Source: Candidatus Binatia bacterium (GTDB lineage: Bacteria > Desulfobacterota > Binatia > UBA9968 > JAJDTQ01). From it: a stretch of DNA of 64,000 nucleotides. The first letter of the stretch is position 1. The number at the start of each line of letters is the position of its first letter. A program made the position numbers and the translations under genes. Below are positions 1 through 8,253 of the stretch, one piece after another. The stretch spans positions 1,344,001-1,408,000 of the forward strand of contig OY762897.2 in NCBI GenBank assembly GCA_963666515.2. Reading direction: 5' to 3'. The notes under the pieces were generated by a model. That model searched no databases. It saw only the letters and a list, made by a program, of their open reading frames with translations, and was not told the origin of the DNA.

Positions 1-862
1 TCTCGTCCATGGCCACGATCTCGCCGTCGATGAGGAAGCGCGACGGTGCGGTCTTGCTCAGCGCGTGGACGATCTCCGGATACCGCCGGGTGATGTCGTC
101 TCCCTTGCGCCCCAGAAGCGTGACGGCATCGTCGCGCCGCCGGGCGAGCACGCGCACGCCGTCGTACTTGATCTCGAAGAGCCAGTCCGCGTCGGAGAAG
201 GGGACGCCGCCGGGCGACGCCAGCATCGGCGCCGGCTTCCGGCGCGACACGGAGGCCGGCGGGGCCTTGAGCCGTTTCAGGGCCTTGTCGAGCACCGCTG
301 TCCGCGAGCCCGGGTCGCCGCGCTCGGACACGGTGAGGCCGGACAGGATGGAGCCGGGAAAGGCCTCCGCCGGCTCGGGCTCCTCCCCGCGGCCGTCCTT
401 GCTGAACAGCAGCCACTCCCTGGCGCGGCCTCCCATACGCACGAGCATCCACACGCCGCGCAGCTTGTAGCCCTGCAGCTCGATCTCCAGCGTGCCCTCG
501 TCGAGCTGCCGCAGCGGGTCCTCGGCGTGGAGCAGCCGGTAGCGGCCCTGGTCCCACAGGATGACCGCGCCGGCGCCGTAGTTGTCCCTGGGGATCACGC
601 CCTCGAAGTCGGCGTACTCGATGGGGTGGTCCTCCACGTGCACCGCCAGCCGTTTTTCGTAGGAGCGGACCGACGGGCCCTTGGGAACGGCCCAGCTCTT
701 GAGGACGCCGCCCATCTCCAGCCGGAGGTCGTAGTGGAGCGCGCGGGCGGCGTGCTGTTGCACCACGAAGAGGCCTCCGGCGGAGGACGCCTGGCCTCCG
801 AACGCTTCCGGGGTCCGCTCGGGATCGCGCTTGCGCCGGTACTCACCCAGCGGGGCGGACAT
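1..862 (-). CDS. ligD: DNA ligase D (NHEJ), N-terminal phosphoesterase domain plus start of ATP-dependent ligase domain; truncated by window edge
   Basis: Not in the ORF track because it runs off the edge. Manual minus-strand translation from ATG at 862 gives MSAPLGEYRRKRDPERTPE...FVVQQHAARALHYDLRLEMGGVLKSWAVPKGPS...RLAVHVEDHPIEYADFEGVIPRDNYGAGAVILWDQG (LigD PE domain), then WLFEIKYDGVR (ligase KxDG motif) and IDGEIV. Divergent from ku. Confidence 0.95.
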   Translation of the reverse strand, partial: MSAPLGEYRRKRDPERTPEAFGGQASSAGGLFVVQQHAARALHYDLRLEMGGVLKSWAVPKGPSVRSYEKRLAVHVEDHPIEYADFEGVIPRDNYGAGAVILWDQGRYRLLHAEDPLRQLDEGTLEIELQGYKLRGVWMLVRMGGRAREWLLFSKDGRGEEPEPAEAFPGSILSGLTVSERGDPGSRTAVLDKALKRLKAPPASVSRRKPAPMLASPGGVPFSDADWLFEIKYDGVRVLARRRDDAVTLLGRKGDDITRRYPEIVHALSKTAPSRFLIDGEIVAMDE

Positions 863-871
863 GGCAACCTG

Positions 872-900
872 TTGACAAGTTCATAACTTGTAGAATTCTA
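872..900. promoter_or_regulatory. Divergent ligD/ku promoter region with perfect 17-bp palindrome (candidate operator)
   Basis: AT-rich 86-bp intergenic region. TTGACA at 872-877 overlaps ACAAGTT-CAT-AACTTGT (875-891); a second palindrome TAGAATTCTA lies at 891-900. Confidence 0.6.
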
Positions 901-948
901 AAGGCATTTCATGCTAGAGTGCAACGGATCGAATCTGGAGGGACCATC

Positions 949-2058
949 ATGGCAGCACGCGCCATCAGTTCCGGGACCATTTCCTTCGGCCTGGTTTCCA
1001 TCCCCATCAAGCTCTACACGGCAGCGTCATCGGGCGGCATCACGTTCAATTTCCTGCACAACCGATGCGGGTCGCGCATGAAGCAGCAACAGTTCTGCCC
1101 CGTGTGCGACGAGGTGGTGCAGCGCTCCGACCTGGTCCGCGGCTACGAGTTCGCCAAGAACCAGTACGTACGTTTCGAGAACGACGAGTTGAAGGCCCTG
1201 GAAGAGGAGACTTCCAAGGTCATCGAGCTGGAGGAGTTCGTGCCGCTGGAGAAGGTCGATCCGGTCTACTTCGAGAAGACCTACTACCTCGGCCCGGACA
1301 AGGGCGGCGAGAAGGCGTACCGGCTGCTGGCGGACGCCATGACCGAGTCCAACCGGGTGGGTCTGGCCAAGTACGTCATGCGGGGCAAGGAGGGGCTCGT
1401 GCTGATCCGCGCGGTCCAGGGCGGTCTCATGCTCCACACCATGTACTACGCCGACGAGGTGCGGGATTTCGACGACATCGACCGGGGCCAGACCATCCAG
1501 CTCAAGGAAGGCGAGCTGGACTTGGCGGTCCGCCTCATCGACGAGCTGGTGAGCAAGGAGTTCCACCCGGAGAACTACCACGACGAGTACAAGGCACGCG
1601 TCCTGCAACTGGTGGAGCAGAAGGTGGAGGGGAAGGAAGTGACGGCCCTGGAGCCGCAGGCGCGCCAGAGCCAGGTGGTGGACCTCATGGAAGCCCTCAA
1701 GGCCAGCCTGGAGAAGCACGACGGCGCGGCCGGGGCGAAGCCCAAGGCCCTGCGCGCTGCCGCGCGCACGCGCAAGGCGCCGGCCGGGGAAGCGGAGGTC
1801 ACCTTCGAGGAATTCCAGGCCGCGGTGAACGAGTCCGGCCTGGAAGTGAGCGCCGCGGAGCTCAAGAAGAGCTACAACGGCCTCGCCTCGCTCGGCAAAC
1901 GCAAGAAGCTGGCCTCGGCCGACGTGCGCGGCAAGGTCGTGAACCTGCGCAAGGATCTGGAAGTGATCCGCTCCGATCCCGAGCTGTTCGGCAACGCGCC
2001 GAAGAAGCTCAAGGCCGCCCGCATCCCCCTCACCGCCCGGGACTGGGAACGCTACTGA
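949..2058 (+). CDS. ku: Ku protein (NHEJ end-binding) with an extra C-terminal domain
   Basis: MAARAISSGTISFGLVSIPIKLY...LVRGYE...IELEEFVP...DPVYFEKTYYL...LHTMYYADEVR...YHDEY...VVDLMEALKASL is the Ku core. GGAGG RBS precedes ATG 949. About 115 aa follow the core. Confidence 0.96.
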   Translation: MAARAISSGTISFGLVSIPIKLYTAASSGGITFNFLHNRCGSRMKQQQFCPVCDEVVQRSDLVRGYEFAKNQYVRFENDELKALEEETSKVIELEEFVPLEKVDPVYFEKTYYLGPDKGGEKAYRLLADAMTESNRVGLAKYVMRGKEGLVLIRAVQGGLMLHTMYYADEVRDFDDIDRGQTIQLKEGELDLAVRLIDELVSKEFHPENYHDEYKARVLQLVEQKVEGKEVTALEPQARQSQVVDLMEALKASLEKHDGAAGAKPKALRAAARTRKAPAGEAEVTFEEFQAAVNESGLEVSAAELKKSYNGLASLGKRKKLASADVRGKVVNLRKDLEVIRSDPELFGNAPKKLKAARIPLTARDWERY

Positions 2059-2086
2059 GCCGGGTCTGCCCGATACCAACGGCGAC

Positions 2087-2884
2087 ATGGCACGGGACGC
2101 CACGGACAGGGCGCACCGGGTGATGGAAGAAGCCCGGCGTTTGCTGGATACATGCGGTGTCGAGCGCCCGCCCGTGGACTTGGTGCGCATCGCCCACCAT
2201 CTGGGCATCCGGCGCATCCGGGAGTTGGACGTTCGTCTGGACGGGCAACTCGTGGAACTGGGCGACGGCGGCTACGAGGTCATCCTCAGCCGGAACGCCC
2301 CTCACACCCGCCGGCGCTTCACCCTGGCCCATGAGATCGCTCACATCCTCGCGGCTTCGCCCGGCGACGACTCCATGAGCTGCGGCGACGCCGCCACCGA
2401 GGAGCTGTGCAACCGCGTCGCCGCCGAGCTGTTGATTCCGGGCCGCTTCATTGCCGACGAGGCGCCAGGGGACATGGACGTGGCCGCCTTCCGGCGATTG
2501 GCCACCCGGTTCCAATGCTCCCTCGAAGCGGCGGCTTGGCGCGTCCTCAACATGGGAAAGGTGGCCGGCGCTCTGCTGATCTGGCGCATGCAGGACGGCG
2601 GCAAGCTGGAACTGTCCGCGTCGCCGCGCACCTTCGGCTTCGATTCGCCGTTCGAGAACGGCGCCGTCCTTGATGGCGCCATGCCGTTCGTGCGACAGTT
2701 GATGGCGCGGAGCGAAGGTCCGGTCACCTGCGGTGAGGACCCGGGCGGAAGAATCTACACGGGCGACTATGTCCGCCTGAACAAGGTGTTGCTCATGTAC
2801 CTGAGATCCGAAGGAGATCCCCCGGCCTCGAAGACGAGCCGCCGCCCGTCAGGCGCGCCGGGCCAGGGCGAGTTGTTCTCATAG
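2087..2884 (+). CDS. ImmA/IrrE-family zinc metallopeptidase (COG2856) with HTH and putative GAF-like C-terminal region
   Basis: PPVDL..IA..LGI N-terminus, RRRFTLAHEIAH (HExxH), EELCNRVAAELLIP, LATRFQCSLEAAAWR; ends in QGELFS. Confidence 0.92.
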   Translation: MARDATDRAHRVMEEARRLLDTCGVERPPVDLVRIAHHLGIRRIRELDVRLDGQLVELGDGGYEVILSRNAPHTRRRFTLAHEIAHILAASPGDDSMSCGDAATEELCNRVAAELLIPGRFIADEAPGDMDVAAFRRLATRFQCSLEAAAWRVLNMGKVAGALLIWRMQDGGKLELSASPRTFGFDSPFENGAVLDGAMPFVRQLMARSEGPVTCGEDPGGRIYTGDYVRLNKVLLMYLRSEGDPPASKTSRRPSGAPGQGELFS

Positions 2885-2910
2885 GGTCGAAACCCTCGCA
2901 AGGAGCCGTC

Positions 2911-3432
2911 ATGGACGTCATGAAAGCATTGGAGACCATCGACCTCGACAAGCTGATGGAGAAGACCGCGGCCGAAGGCAACGGCCGCACGGTGGTGTGG
3001 CAGGACTCGGAGTCCATCGCGTTCCTGAGCAGCGGGCGCAAGCGCCGCATGGACTTTCACGTGGACCCGAGCGACGAGGTGACGCTGGTGCTCAAGGGCG
3101 AGCAGCGCCTTCACTGTCTGACCGATGACGGCAATGAGAAGGTCGTCACCATGGGGCCGGGCCAGATGACCCTGTGCCCGGGCGGTGTGCCACACTCCCC
3201 GCGGGTGGACGAAGGCACCTGGTTCCTGGTGTTCGAGCGGGTGCGCAAGCCGGGCGAGCAGGACCGCTTCATGTGGTTTTGCGAGAACTGCGGCAAGAAG
3301 GTATACGAGGTGGACGTGACCGTGGGCAACTACAGCGACGACCCCGTGGGTCAGGTCCACCGCGAGTTCTACGGCGACGACAAGCTCAGGACCTGCAAGG
3401 ACTGCGGCAGCCTCGTCCCGACGCCGGAATGA
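2911..3432 (+). CDS. 3-hydroxyanthranilate 3,4-dioxygenase-like cupin
   Basis: RMDFHVDPSDE, VPHSPR, FLVFER and the rubredoxin-like Cys pairs WFCENC and RTCKDCG typical of bacterial 3-HAO. Confidence 0.85.
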   Translation: MDVMKALETIDLDKLMEKTAAEGNGRTVVWQDSESIAFLSSGRKRRMDFHVDPSDEVTLVLKGEQRLHCLTDDGNEKVVTMGPGQMTLCPGGVPHSPRVDEGTWFLVFERVRKPGEQDRFMWFCENCGKKVYEVDVTVGNYSDDPVGQVHREFYGDDKLRTCKDCGSLVPTPE

Positions 3433-3451
3433 GTGCGCGGGCAAGGGTAGG

Positions 3452-4213
3452 ATGATGGACTACAACCAGGCGCTGGAACGGCTGGCCGAAGGCTATGGCA
3501 AGGCGGAAAGGGACGTCGTCACGGCCTATTTCAGCGCGCCGCGCACACCCGAGGAGCACATCCACTGGCTCAAGGCCCAGGCCTTCAAGGAATACTCGGC
3601 CATCCAGCCGCTGATCCATGCCCTCGACAAGCTCTACTCCCAGCTTGACCGCCAGGTGGACCGCCACGACTTCGAGGAACTCTGTCACAAGCTCGGCGAC
3701 GAGATGAGCCACGCCAGGCTGATCATGGATTTCCTGGAGGAGTTGACCGGCAAGCGGCTGACGCAGAAGGACCTCACCTGGTTGCCGGAGGACCGCAAGC
3801 TCGCCGAGGTGAGGGCGCGCTACTCCCGCAGCTACGCCGGGCTGCTGCACGGCTCCGAGCGCATCACCACCAGTGAGATACAGCGGCGCGACGAGATGCT
3901 GGAGCGGGCCGCCATCACCCTGACCGAGGGCGGCGGGGGCGCGCTCTACGAGGTCTGCCGCCACCTGAAAGGCAACCGCATCAACCGCAGGATCGCGTCC
4001 ATCTTCGGGCGCATCCACCGGGACGAGACCAGGCACAGCGACGCCAACGAGCTGGCCGCGCTGGTCAAGACCCGGAAGGACTACGACCGCGCCCGGCGCA
4101 TCATCGCCAACGTTTCGTCCCAGCGTCTTCGGATGCGCAACGAGCAGTTCGGCTTTCCGCTGAGCCGGAGCGAGCTTCGATCGCTGGAACGGGAGTGCAC
4201 CGCCGCGGCTTAG
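3452..4213 (+). CDS. Ferritin-like (di-iron four-helix bundle) protein
   Basis: Helical protein with two DExxH motifs (DEMSH, DETRH) and upstream Glu residues (KEYSA, TEGGG). Confidence 0.7.
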   Translation: MMDYNQALERLAEGYGKAERDVVTAYFSAPRTPEEHIHWLKAQAFKEYSAIQPLIHALDKLYSQLDRQVDRHDFEELCHKLGDEMSHARLIMDFLEELTGKRLTQKDLTWLPEDRKLAEVRARYSRSYAGLLHGSERITTSEIQRRDEMLERAAITLTEGGGGALYEVCRHLKGNRINRRIASIFGRIHRDETRHSDANELAALVKTRKDYDRARRIIANVSSQRLRMRNEQFGFPLSRSELRSLERECTAAA

Positions 4214-4273
4214 CGGCGCGCAGAGCGGGCCGCACTTGAACGACGGCCCCGGTAAACCAATGAGGAGGTTCCC

Positions 4274-5392
4274 GTGAACACGGACACAATGCCTGTCATC
4301 GACATGGACTCGCACGTCGAGGAACCCAAGGAGGCCTGGGAGCACCTCGACCCGAAATACGCCGACCGGAAGCCCTTTCCGGTGGTGGCTCAGGACTTGC
4401 CGCAACTGGGCGGCATCAACGCCTTCTGGTACATCGACGGCACGGTCTATCCCAAGCCCGTGGGCCGGGGGAACCTGGTGTACGGCACCCCCATCGAGAT
4501 GCGCTTCGCCACCCAGAAGGAGTTCACCATCGGTTCCCAGACCATGACCGACATCCCCGCGCGCCTGAAGGACATGGACGCGGTGGGCATCGACGTCCAG
4601 GTGGTGTTCTCGACGCTGTTCCTCCAGCCGGTGACCGACGACCTCCTGTTCGAGGCCGCGCTGATGCGGAGCTACAACACCTGGATGGCGTCGGCCTGCG
4701 CCGAAAGCCCCGACCGCATGAAGTGGGGCGCCATCCTGCCCATGAGGGACCCGCGGCTGGCCCTCGCCGAGCTGGAACACAGCCTCAAGCTCGGCGCGTC
4801 GGTGGCAGGTATCTACGGCACCGTGGGCGAGACCATGCTGCACGACCGCTACTACGATGACTTCTTCGCCGAGGTGGAGCGCCTCGGCGTGCCCCTGGCG
4901 ATCCATGCCGGCTGGAGCCATCCGGGCATCACCCGCAGCATGGACGACGTCTCGGGTTCCCGCGCCATCGGCTTCACCCTGCCGGTGATGATGGGGTTCT
5001 ACAGCTTCCTGGGCGGCGGCATCCTGGAACGGCACCCGCGTCTCCGGGTCGCGTTCATGGAGATCGGCGTGCAGTGGGTACCCTATCTGGTGCAGCGGAT
5101 CGACCACTACCACCACGCCGACGGCGCCCTGGGCATGCCGCTGCCCGTCAGGCAGCCGGTGTCCGAGACCCTCAAGCAGAGCGACGTCTACTTCACCCCG
5201 GAAGCGGACGAGATCTACCTACCGCAGGTGGCCGAATACCTGGGTGAGGATCGCCTGCTGTTCGAAGGCGACATGCCCCACGCCGAGGCCCGGGAAGGCG
5301 CCAAGCAGGAGATCCTGGAACGGGACGACATCTCGGAAGAGCTCAAGTGGAAGATACTGAGCGTCAACGGCCGGCGGTTCCTCAACCTGTGA
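4274..5392 (+). CDS. Amidohydrolase_2 family metal-dependent hydrolase/decarboxylase
   Basis: IDMDSH, RLKDMDAVGIDVQV, LAIHAG, GGILERHPRLRVAFMEIG, LFEGDMPH; GAGGAGG RBS before the GTG start. Confidence 0.9.
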   Translation: MNTDTMPVIDMDSHVEEPKEAWEHLDPKYADRKPFPVVAQDLPQLGGINAFWYIDGTVYPKPVGRGNLVYGTPIEMRFATQKEFTIGSQTMTDIPARLKDMDAVGIDVQVVFSTLFLQPVTDDLLFEAALMRSYNTWMASACAESPDRMKWGAILPMRDPRLALAELEHSLKLGASVAGIYGTVGETMLHDRYYDDFFAEVERLGVPLAIHAGWSHPGITRSMDDVSGSRAIGFTLPVMMGFYSFLGGGILERHPRLRVAFMEIGVQWVPYLVQRIDHYHHADGALGMPLPVRQPVSETLKQSDVYFTPEADEIYLPQVAEYLGEDRLLFEGDMPHAEAREGAKQEILERDDISEELKWKILSVNGRRFLNL

Positions 5393-5402
5393 CGGAAGCG
5401 GC

Positions 5403-5651
5403 ATGACCCCCGAGGCGCTGGCGGACAAGATACTGGAGCGGCTCAAGGACGGCCCGCTCCACTTCGAGGACATCCTGCTCCAGTTCAAGGAGGAGCCCTA
5501 CCGGGTGGTCCTGCAGGCCTGGGGACAACTGCGGGAAGCAGGAAGCCTCGGGCGCGAGATCGAAACCGGACGCTACGTCGCCGAGCCCCGTCATTCCGGG
5601 CTTGACCCGGAATCCAGGAGGGGTGGAGCGGGAAGCACTGACGAGGATTGA
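5403..5651 (+). CDS. Small hypothetical protein (possible winged helix); C-terminus runs through a REP-like element
   Basis: Fills the gap between same-strand genes with host-like codon usage. RHSGLDPES is encoded by the repeat at 5590-5617. Confidence 0.6.
   Translation: MTPEALADKILERLKDGPLHFEDILLQFKEEPYRVVLQAWGQLREAGSLGREIETGRYVAEPRHSGLDPESRRGGAGSTDED
5590..5617 (+). repeat. REP-like palindrome family A
   Basis: GTCATTCCGGGCTTGACCCGGAATCCAG; related copies at 32336, 34515, 43759 and 45071, plus degenerate copies near 9415 and 16281. Confidence 0.85.
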
Positions 5652-5653
5652 AA

Positions 5654-6418
5654 ATGGCTCCAACATTCGACGGCAAGGTGGTTATCGTCACCGGCGGCGC
5701 CCGCGGCATCGGCCAGGTGTACTCGCAGGAGTTGGCCAAGGCCGGCGCCAGGGTGGTGGTGTCGGACATCCTGGACGGCGAACCCTGCGCTTCCGGGATA
5801 CGCGATCAGGGCGGGGAGGCGTTCTTCGTCAAGGCCGACGTCACCAGCGAGGAGAGCGTCACGGCCCTGGCCGCGGCGGCCCACGGCCGCTACGGACGCA
5901 TCGACGGGCTGGTGAACAACGCGGCGATCTTCGCCGACGTCCGCTACGCTCCGTTCGACGAGATCACGGTGGCCGAGTGGGACCAGGTCATGGACGTGAA
6001 CGTCAAGGGCGTGTGGCTGGCGTCGCGGGCGGTCTACCCGTACATGAAGGAGCAGGGCTCGGGCAAGATCGTCAACATCGCCTCCGGCGTCCCCTTCAAG
6101 GGCATTCCGGTGTACGTCCACTACACGGTGTCCAAGGGCGCGGTGGTGGCGCTCACGCGGACGCTGGCCCGGGGCACCGGAAAGGACGGCATCTGCGTGA
6201 ACGCGGTGGCGCCCGGCCTCACCCGCAGCGAGAGCCTGCTGGCGGTCCGCGGCGGCCTGGTGGACGAGGACGACGTGCCGCAGATCCAGAGCCGCGCCAT
6301 CCCCCGCAGCCAGTATCCCGAGGACATCGTCGGCGCCGTCATGTTTTTCCTCTCCGACGCCGCCAACTTCATCACCGGACAGACGCTACTGGTGGACGGC
6401 GGCTCCTACATGCACTGA
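5654..6418 (+). CDS. Short-chain dehydrogenase/reductase (SDR)
   Basis: TGGARGIG, LVNNAA, YTVSK (YxxxK), ITGQTLLVDGG. Confidence 0.95.
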   Translation: MAPTFDGKVVIVTGGARGIGQVYSQELAKAGARVVVSDILDGEPCASGIRDQGGEAFFVKADVTSEESVTALAAAAHGRYGRIDGLVNNAAIFADVRYAPFDEITVAEWDQVMDVNVKGVWLASRAVYPYMKEQGSGKIVNIASGVPFKGIPVYVHYTVSKGAVVALTRTLARGTGKDGICVNAVAPGLTRSESLLAVRGGLVDEDDVPQIQSRAIPRSQYPEDIVGAVMFFLSDAANFITGQTLLVDGGSYMH

Positions 6419-6489
6419 GCGGGCTCCAGGGTGCCACGAGCTTCGGCAATCTCGGGAGGTGCACGAACCGATCTCGAAGGAACGATGCG

Positions 6490-7857
6490 ATGAGTGAATC
6501 ACGCACACTGCCGTACCACGACATGCGCGGCTTGATTGCGCTGCTGGAGTCCGAGGGTCAGCTCCGGCGCATCACCAAGCCGGTGGAGGCCCGCTACCTG
6601 AACACGCTGCTGGCGCAGGCCGACACCGCCCTGCTCATGGAGAACGTCGAGGGTTATTCCATGCCGGTGGTGGGTGGCTTGGTAGGCTCGCGTCAGCGGG
6701 TGGCGCTGGGTTTGGGATGCGACCAGAAGACCCTGGGGCACACGTTCATGGAGGCCCTGGACAATCCCATCCCCGCCGAGGTGGTGGCCGGTGGTACAGC
6801 CCAGGAAGTGGTGAAGATCGGCGACGAGGTGGACCTCACCGAGTTGCCCATTCCGTTCCAGCACCGGAAGGACGGCGGCCCCTACCTCTCCGCCGGCATC
6901 TCGGTATCCAAGGATGCAGCCGGGCGGCGCAACGCCGGTTGCTACCGGCTCATGTACCGGACCCCACGGGAGACCAGCATCGACCTGGTGTCGCCGTCGG
7001 ACATGCGCTTCAGCTACGAGGCGGCCTTGAGGCGCGGCGAGCCGTTGCCCCTCGCCATCGCCTTCGGCACCGGCACGCCGGAGCTGATAGCCGCCGCCTA
7101 CAAGGCGCCGCCCGGCTACGACGAGTTCGCGGTGGCAGGTGCCTTGTACGGCCGCCCCGTGCCGCTGGTCAAGTGCAAGACCGTAGACCTGGAAGTGCCG
7201 GCCGACGCGGAGATCGTCCTGGAAGGGGATATCTCCACCGACGGCTGGACCATCGACGAGGGGCGCTACGGCGACTTCACCGGACATCAGTGCTCCATTC
7301 GCTGGAACCCCGTTTTCAAGGTGAAGGCGGTAACCCACCGCAGGAACCCGATCCTCCACACCATCCTCATGCCCTGGGAGAACGACTGGCTGGAGGCGCC
7401 GCCGCTAGAGGCCGCAGGCTGGCGCGCGCTGCGCGAAGCCAGCGTCAAGACCGTTGCTGTCTACGCCACTCCCGGCAGCGCCTGCTACTGGCACCTCTAC
7501 GCCGCCATCGACAAACGGCCCGGCGAAGGGAAGAACGCCCTGATGGCGCTCATGTCGCTCCACGCGATCAAGCTCGTGGTGGTGACCGACGGCGACGTGG
7601 ACCTCACCGACCCAATGGCGGTGGAGCGGGCCATGGCCTTCCGGGTCCAGCCCGACGAGGACGTCATCATCGTCTCCGGCGCCCGCGGCAAGCACCTGGA
7701 CCCCACCCTCAAAGCCTCCCGGTTGCCCAAGGGCTCACTCCCCACCACCTCCAAGATGGGCATCGACGCCACCATCCCCGACGACGTCGATCCCGCGGAG
7801 TACGAACTGCTGGAGTACCCGTTCATGGACGAGGTGAAGCTGGAAGACTACCTGTAG
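6490..7857 (+). CDS. UbiD-family (prFMN-dependent) decarboxylase
   Basis: VDLTELPIP, DGGPYLSAG, NAGCYRLM, LEVPADAEIVLEG, DEGRYGDFTG, KMGIDAT. The ORF-track upstream extension is spurious; start taken at MSESRTL. Confidence 0.93.
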   Translation: MSESRTLPYHDMRGLIALLESEGQLRRITKPVEARYLNTLLAQADTALLMENVEGYSMPVVGGLVGSRQRVALGLGCDQKTLGHTFMEALDNPIPAEVVAGGTAQEVVKIGDEVDLTELPIPFQHRKDGGPYLSAGISVSKDAAGRRNAGCYRLMYRTPRETSIDLVSPSDMRFSYEAALRRGEPLPLAIAFGTGTPELIAAAYKAPPGYDEFAVAGALYGRPVPLVKCKTVDLEVPADAEIVLEGDISTDGWTIDEGRYGDFTGHQCSIRWNPVFKVKAVTHRRNPILHTILMPWENDWLEAPPLEAAGWRALREASVKTVAVYATPGSACYWHLYAAIDKRPGEGKNALMALMSLHAIKLVVVTDGDVDLTDPMAVERAMAFRVQPDEDVIIVSGARGKHLDPTLKASRLPKGSLPTTSKMGIDATIPDDVDPAEYELLEYPFMDEVKLEDYL

Positions 7858-7866
7858 CGTGTAGTG

Positions 7867-8253
7867 TCAGAATATCTCGATATCCCGGCACCGGGATAGC
7901 AGTCGGTCCAACGTCACCAACTTGAGGTCATAGACCTTGGCGGTCGCTGCAATGAAGCGGTCTGCCGGGTCCTCGTGCGGCAACGCGATGGTCCGGCTTG
8001 TCAGGGCGACATCGAATGTCAGCGGGGCTTCAGTGACCGGGACGGCGTCTCTCGCGTCACGCACCCATGCTTGCGGGTCCACATCCATCTCGATGCGTCC
8101 GCGCTCGGCCAGGAGAAGCGTTTCCCAATAGCTGATAGGCGAGAGCCAAAGCTCGTTCTCACGGGATGCAAGAGCGGTTCTCGTGCGCTCAGAGAGTCTT
8201 GTCGGGTCCAGAATGCTCCACAGCCAGACGTGGGTATCGAGTAGCAGTTTCAT
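7867..8253 (-). CDS. vapC: VapC/PIN-domain toxin
   Basis: MKLLLDTHVWLW...SPISYWE...HEDPADRFIAATA...LVTLD; overlaps the antitoxin stop (ATGA). Confidence 0.93.
   Translation of the reverse strand: MKLLLDTHVWLWSILDPTRLSERTRTALASRENELWLSPISYWETLLLAERGRIEMDVDPQAWVRDARDAVPVTEAPLTFDVALTSRTIALPHEDPADRFIAATAKVYDLKLVTLDRLLSRCRDIEIF

Noticed and set aside
9-886. Plus-strand ORFs 9..470 and 65..886
   Set aside because: They are antisense shadows of the minus-strand ligD, which carries the recognisable motifs.
5602-6489. Apparent 300-aa N-terminal extension of UbiD (751-aa ORF)
   Set aside because: It is an Arg/Gly-rich off-frame read through the SDR gene; the real start is at 6490.
6490-7857. Asp in place of the catalytic Glu in both UbiD proteins
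   Set aside because: EGx(F/Y)GD is a normal variant in the family, so it is not evidence of inactivation.
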